Of a stretch of 44,151 nucleotides of DNA, positions 27,797 to 37,734 are shown in pieces. Under the pieces are notes generated by a model. It worked only from the letters and a program-made list of their open reading frames with translations, made no database searches and was not told where the DNA came from. The stretch spans positions 1-44,151 of the forward strand of contig CALQZX010000007.1 in NCBI GenBank assembly GCA_943350175.1, given 5' to 3'. This stretch comes from Parcubacteria group bacterium (GTDB lineage Bacteria; Patescibacteriota; Microgenomatia; UBA1400; PJMF01). Made by a program: the position numbers and the translations under genes. Within the stretch, counting starts at the first letter, position 1. The number at the start of each line of letters is the position of its first letter.

Positions 27797-29206
27797 ATGC
27801 GCCAACCAAGCTTAAAAAAACTCAATGATGCTTATGCTGAAAAATTTGGTTTTTCTATGCCAGAGAAGTCAGTTTTGAGTTTTGATTTTGGCCTTTCAGA
27901 AAAAGTAATTGAAGATATTTCCAACTCCAAGAAAGAACCTAAATGGATGAAGGATTTCCGTTTAGAATCACTACAAATTTTTCGTCAAAAACCAATGCCA
28001 ACATGGGGGCCAAGTTTGGAGGAAATTGATTTTGAACAAATTCGTTATTTTATTAAAGATACTGATGTAGAAAAGAAAACCTGGGATGAAGTGCCAAAAG
28101 AAATCAAAGATACTTTTGATCGCTTGGGAGTTCTTCAGGCAGAAAGAGAATTTTTGGCTGGAGTGAAGGCTCAATATAACAGTGAAGTGGCTTATTCTTC
28201 TTTGCAAGCAGAGTTAGACGAACAAGGAGTGATTTTTTGTTCTATGGAAGAGGCTTTGCAAAAGCACTCAGATCTTTTTAAAGAATATTTCGCGAAATTA
28301 ATTCCAGCTGCTGATAATAAATTTGCAGCTCTCAATAGTGCTGCTTGGTCAGGAGGTTCTTTCGTCTATATTCCGCCAAATACTCACGTCAAAAGACCTC
28401 TGCAAAGCTATTTTCGTATTAATGCCGCACGCATGGGCCAGTTTGAAAGAACTCTGATTATTGCTGATGAAGGCTCTAGCGCTCACTACGTCGAAGGATG
28501 TACGGCGCCTGTTTATAGTGAATATTCTCTGCATTCAGCAGTGGTAGAAGTTTTTGTCAAAAAAGACGCTCGTTTCCGTTACACCACAATCCAAAATTGG
28601 TCAGGCAATATTTACAATTTGGTGACTAAGCGCGCTAAGGTTTTCCAAAATGGCGTGATGGAGTGGGTCGATGGAAATCTTGGTGCCAAAATGACCATGA
28701 AATACCCAAGTTGTTATTTGGTTGAAGAAGGTGCTTACGGAGAAATGCTGTCCATTGCTTACGCCAAGAATCATCAGATTCAAGATACTGGTGCAAAAAT
28801 GTTGCATCTCGCCAAAAATACTTCATCAAAAATTATTGCCAAATCTGTGAGCATAGCCGGCGGTCAAAGTAATTATCGTGGTTTGGTATTTATTTCCAAA
28901 GCGGCTAAAAATAGTAAAAGCAAAGTTGAGTGTGACGCTCTTATTTTGGATGATCAATCAGCTACTTGTACTTATCCTGATATGAAAATTTCTGGTGAAA
29001 ACGCGGTGGTTGAGCATGAGGCAAGTGTCAGTGAAATTGAAGAAGAAAAACTTTATTATTTAATGAGTCGCGGCTTGGATAAAACTGAAGCGATGACTTT
29101 ACTCGTTGCTGGTTTCATTGAGCCAATTGTCAAGGAATTACCTTTGGAATATGCAGTTGAACTAAATCGTTTGATTGAGCTGGAAATGGAAGGGAGCGTG
29201 GGCTAA
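27797..29206 (+). CDS. sufB: Fe-S cluster assembly protein SufB
   Basis: DNKFAALNSA, GQFERTLII, YVEGCTAP, LHSAVVE, YTTIQNW, TMKYPS, ECDAL, EHEAS, LPLEYAVE. Confidence 0.98.
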   Translation: MRQPSLKKLNDAYAEKFGFSMPEKSVLSFDFGLSEKVIEDISNSKKEPKWMKDFRLESLQIFRQKPMPTWGPSLEEIDFEQIRYFIKDTDVEKKTWDEVPKEIKDTFDRLGVLQAEREFLAGVKAQYNSEVAYSSLQAELDEQGVIFCSMEEALQKHSDLFKEYFAKLIPAADNKFAALNSAAWSGGSFVYIPPNTHVKRPLQSYFRINAARMGQFERTLIIADEGSSAHYVEGCTAPVYSEYSLHSAVVEVFVKKDARFRYTTIQNWSGNIYNLVTKRAKVFQNGVMEWVDGNLGAKMTMKYPSCYLVEEGAYGEMLSIAYAKNHQIQDTGAKMLHLAKNTSSKIIAKSVSIAGGQSNYRGLVFISKAAKNSKSKVECDALILDDQSATCTYPDMKISGENAVVEHEASVSEIEEEKLYYLMSRGLDKTEAMTLLVAGFIEPIVKELPLEYAVELNRLIELEMEGSVG

Positions 29207-29793
29207 TGCAAACAGTTTTGCTTGAAAACCAAGAAAGTTTTATTTTAGAACCAGAGCAAGACACTTTGTATTTGGTTTTGCTAGATAAAGAAGCTGACCT
29301 TGGCAAAATAAAAGTTGATTTATCTTTCAATAAAAGTGAGGTTAATTGTAGATTGTTGTTTTTGGGCAGATTGAAAAGTAAAAGTAATTGGCAGATCGAA
29401 AGTAATTCGAGACATTTCGTACCAAAAACCAGTTGTCTAACTGAGTTCTATTTAAGCCAAGCTGATGAGTCGAGAGTTGATTACTTTGGCCAAATTTACA
29501 TTGGTCAAAAAGCCTCCCAAACTAAATCCTTTCTTAAGGAGCAGAGCTTGGTGCTAGGTAAAGCAGTTTTTAATAGATCTAGACCAATATTGGAAATCTT
29601 TAATAATAAAGTCAAAGCTTCTCATAGTGCCAGCAGTAGCAGAATTAGCGAGACCGATCTTTTTTACCTAATGAGTCGCGGATTTGAAAAAAATGAAGCT
29701 GAAAAAATCTTAGAAGAGGCTTTTTTTAATAAAGTTTTTGATTCTGTTAAAGTAGAGGAAGCACGCGAGTTAATTAAAGGTTATCTATGTTAG
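29206..29793 (+). CDS. sufD: Short SufD-family protein (C-terminal SufBD domain)
   Basis: PILEI...VKASHSA, LFYLMSRG; between sufB and sufS. Confidence 0.88.
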   Translation: MQTVLLENQESFILEPEQDTLYLVLLDKEADLGKIKVDLSFNKSEVNCRLLFLGRLKSKSNWQIESNSRHFVPKTSCLTEFYLSQADESRVDYFGQIYIGQKASQTKSFLKEQSLVLGKAVFNRSRPILEIFNNKVKASHSASSSRISETDLFYLMSRGFEKNEAEKILEEAFFNKVFDSVKVEEARELIKGYLC

Positions 29794-31001
29794 ATACTCT
29801 GAAAATAAAAGCTGATTTTCCTATATTTAAAAATCATTCTGATTTAATTTATTTGGATAACGCAGCCACTAGTCAAAAACCACAATCAGTAATCGATAGA
29901 ATTACGAAATTTTATAGTAGTGAAAACGCCAATGTTCACCGTGGCGTTTATCCTCTTAGTGAACAAGCCAGTGAAGCTTATGATTTGGCAAGAAAAAAAG
30001 TTGCTGATTTCATTAATGCCAAAAGTGCCAAAGAAATAATTTTTACCAAAGGAACTACTGACTCTCTTAATTTAGCAGCAGCTAGTTATGGCTTGGATAA
30101 TTTAAAGCCAGATGATGAAGTTTTAATGAGCGATTTTGAACATCATAGTAATTTCTTGCCATGGAAGAATGTTTGTGAAAAAACTGGAGCCACTTTAAAA
30201 ATTTTAAACAGTGATGACGACGGCTCAATTAATCAAAAAGAATGGCAAAGCAAACTTAATAAAAAAACCAAAATAGTAGCCATCGCTCACGCTTCAAACG
30301 TTTTGGGTACTATAAATGATATTAAAGAAATTTCTGCAATAGTTCACGAAGTTGGAGCTGTTTTAGTGGTTGATGGTGCACAAGCCATTCCACATTTACA
30401 AATTAATGTGCAAGATTTAGATTGTGATTTCTACGCTTTTTCCGGACATAAAATGTTAGCCCCAATGGGAATTGGTGTTCTCTATGTTAAAGAAGAAATT
30501 TTATCAAAAATGTTTCCATATCAATTGGGCGGCGGGATGATCGAATCAGTTTCTTTGGATGAAGTCGTTTATGCAGAATATCCAGAAAAGTTTGAAGCAG
30601 GTACGCCAAATGTGGCAGGAGCAATTGCTCTAGTCAGTGCCATAGACTACTTATCAAAAATTGGCTTATCAGAAATTAGAAGCCATGAAATTGAATTAAG
30701 TGAATACCTATTGGATGGTCTTGCCAAAATTAAAAAAGTTAAGCTTTTAGGTTCGGCAGCGCCGTCACAAAGAACAGGACTAGTTTCATTTTCTGTAGAA
30801 GGAATTCATGCTCACGACCTAAGTGATTATTTGGCAAAACAAGGCTTAGCACTTAGAGCTGGTTTTCACTGTGCTCAGCCACTTCATCAAAGTCGTAACT
30901 GTGGAGCGACTTTAAGAGCTTCTTATTATTTGTATAATAGTGAAAAAGATTTGGAAGTATTGCTTAACAATTTAGAAAAAGCGATTAGTTACTATGGATG
31001 A
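29787..31001 (+). CDS. sufS: Cysteine desulfurase, SufS type (group II)
   Basis: YLDNAATSQKP, NVHRG, EHHSN, DGAQ, FSGHKM, FEAGTPN, RAGFHCAQP. Confidence 0.97.
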   Translation: MLDTLKIKADFPIFKNHSDLIYLDNAATSQKPQSVIDRITKFYSSENANVHRGVYPLSEQASEAYDLARKKVADFINAKSAKEIIFTKGTTDSLNLAAASYGLDNLKPDDEVLMSDFEHHSNFLPWKNVCEKTGATLKILNSDDDGSINQKEWQSKLNKKTKIVAIAHASNVLGTINDIKEISAIVHEVGAVLVVDGAQAIPHLQINVQDLDCDFYAFSGHKMLAPMGIGVLYVKEEILSKMFPYQLGGGMIESVSLDEVVYAEYPEKFEAGTPNVAGAIALVSAIDYLSKIGLSEIRSHEIELSEYLLDGLAKIKKVKLLGSAAPSQRTGLVSFSVEGIHAHDLSDYLAKQGLALRAGFHCAQPLHQSRNCGATLRASYYLYNSEKDLEVLLNNLEKAISYYG

Positions 31002-31365
31002 TCTTTACCGCAGCGAACTAATGGAAATTTATAAAGACCCTACTCACAAGGGCGATCTTGCTAGTCCATCTATATCACTTGAAAAGCAAAATGCTTTTTG
31101 TGGCGATCGTCTTCATTTAACTTTAAAAATAAAAAATAATATTATTGAAGATGCCAAATTTAACGGAGAAATGTGTTTCGTCAGTATTATTGGTGCAGAT
31201 TTTTTGCTGGAAGAAATTATTGGTAAAACCATTGAACAAGCCAAAAAAATTGATCAAGCTAAATTATTGGAATTAATCGATCTGAATCTTAGTACAAGTC
31301 GCATTGCTTGCGCGACTTTGACTCTCAAAGCTTTGCAAGAAGCACTGGCTAAATATGCAAAATAA
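30994..31365 (+). CDS. sufU: SufU/NifU-N-family scaffold or sulfur-transfer protein
   Basis: NAFCGD, second Cys in GEMCF, SRIACA; overlaps sufS. Confidence 0.88.
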   Translation: MDDLYRSELMEIYKDPTHKGDLASPSISLEKQNAFCGDRLHLTLKIKNNIIEDAKFNGEMCFVSIIGADFLLEEIIGKTIEQAKKIDQAKLLELIDLNLSTSRIACATLTLKALQEALAKYAK

Positions 31366-31597
31366 TCAAATTGGTAAAGAAACCAGCATTGAAGAGTTGG
31401 TCGAATTGGATCCAGAAATGAATGATGTTCTTTATGAATATGGATTGCACTGTGGCAATTGCTTTGCTGCTGGATTTGATACCTTAGAAGAAGGAGCGAA
31501 GATGCATGGTTTGGAAGACGATGAGATTGAAGAATTGATTCAAGAATTAAACAAAAAAGCAGAGTCTAAAAAAGTTGCAGATCCTTCTATCAAATAA
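31355..31597 (+). CDS. DUF1858-like small CxxC protein
   Basis: SIEELV...P...VL..YGLHCGNCFAAGFDTLEEGAKMHG pattern. Confidence 0.82.
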   Translation: MQNNQIGKETSIEELVELDPEMNDVLYEYGLHCGNCFAAGFDTLEEGAKMHGLEDDEIEELIQELNKKAESKKVADPSIK

Positions 31598-31602
31598 TTT
31601 TT

Positions 31603-32736
31603 ATGAAAAAAGTTTATTTGGATCACGCTGCGACCACTTTTGTTAAACCAGAGGTTTTAGAGGAAATGCTGCCTTATTTTTCTCAATTTTATGGCAACGC
31701 ATCTTCTGTTTATGATTTGGGAAGAACTAGTAAAAAAGCTATTGAATCAGCAAGAGAAAAAATTGCTGAAATTTTTGGCGCCCAACCGAAAGAAATATTT
31801 TTTACTGGCTCTGGAACAGAAGCAGATAATTGGGCGATTAAAGGTTTGGCTTTGGCCAACCAAGATAAAGGCAAACACATTATTACTTCCAGCATAGAAC
31901 ACCACGCCGTACTTCACAGTTGTCAGTTTTTGGAAAGAAATGGTTTTGAAGTGACTTATTTGCCAGTTAATAATGGTGGCTTAGTGAGCGTGGAAGATTT
32001 GGAGAAATCAATTAGAAAAGATACTATTTTGATTTCCATAATGTTTGCCAACAATGAAATAGGCACTATTCAACCAATCGCAAAATTAGCTCAAATAGCC
32101 AAAAAAAATAATATTATTTTTCATACAGACAGCGTGCAAGCAGTAGCTAATTTGAAAATTAACGTTGAAGAGCTCGGCATCGATGCGATGTCTTTTTCTT
32201 CTCATAAATTTTACGGGCCAAAAGGTGTTGGTGGCTTGTATTTAAAAAATGGAATACAAATAGAAAACTTGTTACACGGTGGCAGTCAGGAACGTGAGAT
32301 GCGTTCTGGAACTGAGAATGTTGCCGGGATTGTGGGAATGACTAAAGCTTTAGAGTTGGCGATGCAAAATTTTGAAAGTCGTCAAGAAAAAATGACTAGT
32401 TTGCGTGATCAAGCTATTTCAGAAATTTCAAAAATAACCAAAACAGCAAAACTAAACGGTCATAGAGAAAAAAGATTGCCTGGAAATGTTAATTTTTCTT
32501 TTCAAGAAATTGAAGGGGATTCGCTGCTAATGAATTTAGATATGAAAGGCATTGCAGCTTCTAGTGGTTCAGCTTGTAGCTCTTTGTCAATTGAGCCGTC
32601 ACATGTTTTATTGGCGATTGGACTAGATAAAAAATCAGCTAAAGGTTCGCTGCGTATAACTTTTGGTGATGAAAATACGCAGGAAGATTTGGACTATTTA
32701 ATAGTCACTTTGAGAGAAATTTTTAAGAATCTATGA
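31603..32736 (+). CDS. iscS: Cysteine desulfurase, NifS/IscS type (group I)
   Basis: [50 protein letters not shown]. Confidence 0.93.
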   Translation: MKKVYLDHAATTFVKPEVLEEMLPYFSQFYGNASSVYDLGRTSKKAIESAREKIAEIFGAQPKEIFFTGSGTEADNWAIKGLALANQDKGKHIITSSIEHHAVLHSCQFLERNGFEVTYLPVNNGGLVSVEDLEKSIRKDTILISIMFANNEIGTIQPIAKLAQIAKKNNIIFHTDSVQAVANLKINVEELGIDAMSFSSHKFYGPKGVGGLYLKNGIQIENLLHGGSQEREMRSGTENVAGIVGMTKALELAMQNFESRQEKMTSLRDQAISEISKITKTAKLNGHREKRLPGNVNFSFQEIEGDSLLMNLDMKGIAASSGSACSSLSIEPSHVLLAIGLDKKSAKGSLRITFGDENTQEDLDYLIVTLREIFKNL

Positions 32737-33794
32737 AGAAAAAAGTAATGATTGGCATGAGCGGTGGTGTTGATAGCTCTGTGGCAGCGGCTTTGCTAAA
32801 AGAGCAAGGCTACGATGTTTATGGTGTCACCATGCAAATTTGGCAGGATGATAAAAAAGACGAAAATGGCTCCTGTTGTTCGTTGTCAGCCGTTGATGAT
32901 GCTCGTCGCGTAGCTAATAAACTAGATATTCCTTATTACGTTTTAAACTTCAAAGAAATTTTTGATGAAAAAGTAATTCAATATTTTACTGATGAATACT
33001 TGCGAGGCAAAACACCAAACCCATGTATTGCTTGTAATCGTTATATTAAATTTGATGAGTTTTTGAAAAAGGCATTATCAATGGGCATGGATTATATTTC
33101 TACCGGCCACTATGCCAAAGTAGAAAAAGTTGATGATCGTTACTTACTAAAAAGATCAATGAGTTTAGCCAAAGATCAAACCTATCCTCTTTATAATTTA
33201 ACTCAAGACCAACTCTCTCATGTTTTGTTTCCATTATGGAGCTACGAAAAAACTGAAATTAGAAAAATTGCCGCTGACTTGGGACTTGGAGTAGCTAGCA
33301 AGCCTGATAGCCAAGATATTTGCTTTGTCTCAAATCATGATTATTCTGCCTTTATTGAAGAAAAAACTGGCATAAAAATGGAGCCTGGAAATTTCGTTGA
33401 TAAATCAGGCAATATCCTTGGAAAACATCGCGGTCTTTACCATTATACAATCGGTCAGCGCAAGGGACTTGGTGTGGCTTTTGGCAAGCCAGTTTTTGTG
33501 GCCCGCATAGATGTGGAGAAAAACGAAATAGTTATTGGTGATGAGGCAGATATTTTATCTGATAGTCTCATTGCTACGGACTTAAATTTTATTGCCATAG
33601 ATAAATTAAAAGAGCCAATGCAGGTTAGTGTGAAAATTAGATACGGTACAAAAGAAGTGTCAGCAGAAATTTTTCCAACAGGAGAAGACGAGGTAAAAGT
33701 AGTTTTTGAGGAACCACAAAGAGCTGTTACATCAGGACAATCTGTGGTTTTTTACAAAGATGATTTGATTTTAGGTGGTGGCGTTATAGCATAA
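32733..33794 (+). CDS. mnmA: tRNA 2-thiouridine(34) synthase MnmA, CxxC+C type
   Basis: PP-loop [48 protein letters not shown]. Confidence 0.98.
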   Translation: MKKKVMIGMSGGVDSSVAAALLKEQGYDVYGVTMQIWQDDKKDENGSCCSLSAVDDARRVANKLDIPYYVLNFKEIFDEKVIQYFTDEYLRGKTPNPCIACNRYIKFDEFLKKALSMGMDYISTGHYAKVEKVDDRYLLKRSMSLAKDQTYPLYNLTQDQLSHVLFPLWSYEKTEIRKIAADLGLGVASKPDSQDICFVSNHDYSAFIEEKTGIKMEPGNFVDKSGNILGKHRGLYHYTIGQRKGLGVAFGKPVFVARIDVEKNEIVIGDEADILSDSLIATDLNFIAIDKLKEPMQVSVKIRYGTKEVSAEIFPTGEDEVKVVFEEPQRAVTSGQSVVFYKDDLILGGGVIA

Positions 33795-33816
33795 TTACTT
33801 TATAATGCGGTAATGG

Positions 33817-35187
33817 ATGCTGATAGACGATGTATTGGCTATATCGCCAATTGACGGTCGCTACAAAAAAAAGACAAGCTCACTTCGCACCCATTTTTCC
33901 GAAGCCGCTTTAATTTCTTATAGAATCAAAATTGAACTTTTATATTTAAGAACTTTGTCTAAATATAAAATTGTTCGTCCATTTGCCAAAAAAGAGCTGA
34001 ACATTTTTTCCAAACTAGAAGAATTTGATGAGGCTGCTGTTGGTAGAGTCAAAGAAATAGAAAAGATTACTCATCATGATGTGAAGGCAGTTGAGTATTA
34101 TTTACGAGAACAGTTTATCGCAAATAAAATGGACGATTTGTCTCCTTTTATTCATTTTGCCATCACTTCTGAGGATATTAATAATTTAGCTTACAGATCG
34201 ATGCTATCGACAGGACTCACGGCTGAAATTGTGCCGAGCACAATGGAAGTTTTACGAGAACTGGCAGTTTTAACTGATAAATACAGTGCTTTACCAATTT
34301 TAGCTAGAACTCATGGTCAGGCAGCAATTCCCACTACTTTTGGTAAGGAATTTGCAGTTTTTGCAGAGCGTATTTTGTTTATTTTAGAAGAACTAGAAGA
34401 TTTTAAGTTGCATGGCAAATTTAATGGGGCGGTTGGTGGTTATCAGGCAATGCAATCGGCTTATCCGAGCCTTAATTGGCCGAAATTCAGTCAAGAATTA
34501 GTAGAAAGCTTGGGTTTTAGTTTTGTTGCTGTGTCCACCCAAATTTGTCCAGCTGACGACCTGGTGAAATTATTTTCTATTTTTTATCGTCTAAACGGTG
34601 TTTTACTAGATTTGAATCAGGATTTATGGCGCTACATAAGTGATGGCTGGTTATCGCAAAAAGGCAAAGAAAAATTTGTTGGTTCTTCTACGATGCCACA
34701 AAAAATTAATCCGATCGAATTTGAGAATTCAGAAGGTAATCTAATTATGGCTAACGCCTTATTTGAAGGCATGATGCGCAAGTTGCCAATTAGTCGTTTG
34801 CAAAGAGATCTTTCAGAAAGCACGGTACTGCGCAATATTGGTAGTGTTTTTGCTTACTGCTTTATAGCTTATGAAAGTTTGAGTGGCGGCTTGTCGAAGT
34901 TAGTGGCCAATGAAAAAGCAATTAATCAAGATTTACATGCTAACTACAATATTTTGGCTGAAGGCTGGCAAACTCTAGCCAGAAAAAGTGGCGACCAAGA
35001 GGCTTACGAGAAAGTTGCTAAACTTCTCAAAAATAAAATTGTTAGTAAGCAAGATTGGCAAGTTTTGACCAAAAAAGAAGATCAGCAAATTCAAAATTTG
35101 AGTCCAGAAAATTATTTAGGTTTATCGATCCAATTAAGCAAGGACACCGTCAAAAAAGTTAATAATTTTTTAAAGAAAGGGCTTTAG
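33817..35187 (+). CDS. purB: Adenylosuccinate lyase
   Basis: AISPIDGRY, HDVKAVEY, TSEDIN, RTHGQ, GSSTMPQKINPIEFENSEGN, SRLQRDL. Confidence 0.97.
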   Translation: MLIDDVLAISPIDGRYKKKTSSLRTHFSEAALISYRIKIELLYLRTLSKYKIVRPFAKKELNIFSKLEEFDEAAVGRVKEIEKITHHDVKAVEYYLREQFIANKMDDLSPFIHFAITSEDINNLAYRSMLSTGLTAEIVPSTMEVLRELAVLTDKYSALPILARTHGQAAIPTTFGKEFAVFAERILFILEELEDFKLHGKFNGAVGGYQAMQSAYPSLNWPKFSQELVESLGFSFVAVSTQICPADDLVKLFSIFYRLNGVLLDLNQDLWRYISDGWLSQKGKEKFVGSSTMPQKINPIEFENSEGNLIMANALFEGMMRKLPISRLQRDLSESTVLRNIGSVFAYCFIAYESLSGGLSKLVANEKAINQDLHANYNILAEGWQTLARKSGDQEAYEKVAKLLKNKIVSKQDWQVLTKKEDQQIQNLSPENYLGLSIQLSKDTVKKVNNFLKKGL

Positions 35188-35189
35188 CC

Positions 35190-36641
35190 GTGAATAATTT
35201 CTTAAAAATAAAAAAAGCTGTTTATGAAGACGGCAAACTTTTTGGAGTTGATCAAAAATTAACTGAAAATCCTTTTTTGCGAAGTGATCGTCGTGCCAAT
35301 TCTATTGCCGTACTTGGTGGTGCTTTAGGAGACGAGGGTAAAGGTCGTATTACTGATGAATTGACTTCACTTTTTCTTAAAGAACAGAAAGAAGTCTTGC
35401 ACTACAGAGATAATGGCGGGGCCAATGCCGGTCACACCATCGCTTTTGGTAACAAAAAAATAGCTTTACATCAGCTTGGTTCTGGAATTTTACAAAAAGG
35501 TTGCACGGTTGTGCTTGGTAAAGAAATGGTTTTACATCCACAAGATTTAGTTTTGGAAATCAAAGAAGTAGAAAAAGTGCTTGATGGTCAGCCAATGCCA
35601 TCTAAGCTATTGATTGATGAGATGGCTCTGCTTTGCTTGGACACTCATCGCGCTTTTGAAGCAGTGCTGAAAATGAAAGCAGACGGCAGTAAAGCTGCGA
35701 CAGGTAGAGGCATTTCTCCAGCTTATGCGGATGTGCTTTATCGCAATCCACTGCGTATGCGCGATTTGATGGCCAAAGATTGGCAAAAACGTGCGCAAGT
35801 TCACTATGAGTATTACAAAATGTTATGTTCTGGTTTTGGCTTTGAAATCGCTGAAGTAAAAGTCCCAAGATTGGATGGCTCAGCTGTTGCAACTGGTTCT
35901 TTCGCGGATTTTGTAGCCAACCTAAAAGAAGCCAAAGCAATCCTAAAACCATTCATCAAAGATGTGACTAAAGTAATTTCCAAAACCTGGGCCTCTTCTG
36001 TGCCAATGGTTTTTGAAAAAGCTCAAGCTTTGGGATTGGACATTCGCTATGGAGTTTATCCTGACATCACAGCTTCTAATTGTGCTTTTGATGGAATTTT
36101 TTCTTCTACAGAGGGTATTGTTGACGATCGCTTGCTAGCTGTTAAAGCAGCTACCATTAAAGCGACTTACACCTCTAGTGTTGGCACCAGAAATTTACCA
36201 ACCATGATGGAGAAAAAACTGGCAGAACGCATTCGTGAAGACGCCAATGAATATGGAGCTACCACCAAGAGACCACGCGATCTGGCTTACATTGATTTGC
36301 CAATGCTAACTTATTTATTTAAAGTTGGCAGAGTGGAATATTTAACTTTAACTCATTTGGATATTTCTTATCCAAAGGTGCCCATTAAAGTTTGTGTGGC
36401 CTATGAAATTGATGGTAAAGAAGTCGGCTATAGACCAGATCAAGAATATTTAAATAAAGTGACTGCCAAGTATGTTGAACTACCAACTTTTGACGGCATT
36501 GCTTTGGCAAAAGCAAAAAAGATGAGTGATCTGCCAAAAGAAGCTTTGCAATATTTAGCTTTCCTGAGTCAAAGCTTACAAGTGAAATTATTAATGGTGA
36601 GCGTAGGTCCAAAGAGAGATCAGACCATCAAATATTATTAA
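35190..36641 (+). CDS. purA: Adenylosuccinate synthetase (divergent)
   Basis: GDEGKG, GGANAGHT, TGRGISPAY, EYGATTKRPR, VSVGPKR. Confidence 0.93.
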   Translation: MNNFLKIKKAVYEDGKLFGVDQKLTENPFLRSDRRANSIAVLGGALGDEGKGRITDELTSLFLKEQKEVLHYRDNGGANAGHTIAFGNKKIALHQLGSGILQKGCTVVLGKEMVLHPQDLVLEIKEVEKVLDGQPMPSKLLIDEMALLCLDTHRAFEAVLKMKADGSKAATGRGISPAYADVLYRNPLRMRDLMAKDWQKRAQVHYEYYKMLCSGFGFEIAEVKVPRLDGSAVATGSFADFVANLKEAKAILKPFIKDVTKVISKTWASSVPMVFEKAQALGLDIRYGVYPDITASNCAFDGIFSSTEGIVDDRLLAVKAATIKATYTSSVGTRNLPTMMEKKLAERIREDANEYGATTKRPRDLAYIDLPMLTYLFKVGRVEYLTLTHLDISYPKVPIKVCVAYEIDGKEVGYRPDQEYLNKVTAKYVELPTFDGIALAKAKKMSDLPKEALQYLAFLSQSLQVKLLMVSVGPKRDQTIKYY

Positions 36642-36673
36642 AAATTAAATCAAAAAAATAAAGAAAGCGAACA

Positions 36674-37726
36674 ATGTCTACCACTTTTTATAAATCCCTC
36701 GGTAAAACAGAAAATTGGCCAAACCTAAGCAGCATTCACCCAGCAAGTTTAACTTATGATGATGTGTTGCTGGTTCCTCAAGCTAGAACTGAAATTAGTT
36801 CCAGAAAAGAGACTGACATCTCGGTAAAATTTGGTCCTTTTACGCTACAAAAACCAATTGTGACTGCTCCAATGGACACAGTCAGTGGAGAAGAAATGGC
36901 CAGATTAATGCATCGCTTGGGTGGTTTGACTTTTATGCCTAGAGTTTTCATCGATGAAGCTTTGGCAGCTTGCGAACGTTTGCAAAAAGATAAAATTAAT
37001 GCTGTCTACTCAATTGGCCTTAAAAATGCTTTGGCTGATGCAGAGGCCTTTAAGAAATTAGGAGCTCAAGTTTTACTTCTGGATGTTGCTCATGGCGGCA
37101 TGCAAAGTATTATCGAAGCAGCAGAAGAAATTCAGAAGAAATTAAAAATGACGGTAATCGCTGGCAACATTGTAAGTTATGATCAGGCAGAAACTTACAA
37201 AGAAGCTGGACTTAAAATTGCCAGAGTAGGCGTCGGTGGTGGTGGCATGTGCATTACTCGTTTGGTAGCTGGCGCTGGTTTCCCACAGTTATCTGCAGTT
37301 TTTGAAACAGTTGCTTCTGGATTAGAGATCATCGCTGATGGTGGTATTCGTAAGCCAGCAGATTTTGCCAAAGCCATGGCGGCTGGAGCAAGAGTAATTA
37401 TGGTTGGTTCAATGTTGGCTGGTACAGAAGAAGCTCCTGGTGAGGTAGTCGGCGGAGTCAAAAAAGCCCGTGGACAAGCCAGCGAGGATTACATGAAAGA
37501 CAACGGTTCTAAACTTGGAGAATTCCGCAGTGCTGAGGGAATTATGACGATGGTGCCATATAAAGGATCAGCAGAACACATTATCAATGACTTAGTGGGT
37601 GGACTTCGTAGTGCCATGTCCTATGTTGGTGCAAAAAATATACAAGATTTCCAAAAGAACGCTCAGTTTGTCTTAGCTTCTCCAGCAGCTCAGGGTGAAG
37701 GAGTGGCACATATTGTTGGAAGATAG
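36674..37726 (+). CDS. IMPDH/GMPR-family oxidoreductase without CBS domains, probably GMP reductase
   Basis: [50 protein letters not shown]; no RY dyad in the flap. Confidence 0.85.
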   Translation: MSTTFYKSLGKTENWPNLSSIHPASLTYDDVLLVPQARTEISSRKETDISVKFGPFTLQKPIVTAPMDTVSGEEMARLMHRLGGLTFMPRVFIDEALAACERLQKDKINAVYSIGLKNALADAEAFKKLGAQVLLLDVAHGGMQSIIEAAEEIQKKLKMTVIAGNIVSYDQAETYKEAGLKIARVGVGGGGMCITRLVAGAGFPQLSAVFETVASGLEIIADGGIRKPADFAKAMAAGARVIMVGSMLAGTEEAPGEVVGGVKKARGQASEDYMKDNGSKLGEFRSAEGIMTMVPYKGSAEHIINDLVGGLRSAMSYVGAKNIQDFQKNAQFVLASPAAQGEGVAHIVGR

Positions 37727-37734
37727 CTCTTGAG

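Noticed and set aside
33813-33854. Out-of-frame ATG 4 nt before purB giving a 13-aa peptide
   Set aside because: Well placed relative to TATAAT but has no other support; likely coincidental
36674-37726. Calling this gene guaB (IMP dehydrogenase)
   Set aside because: Flap RY dyad absent and context favours a GMP reductase; symbol left blank pending assay or phylogeny
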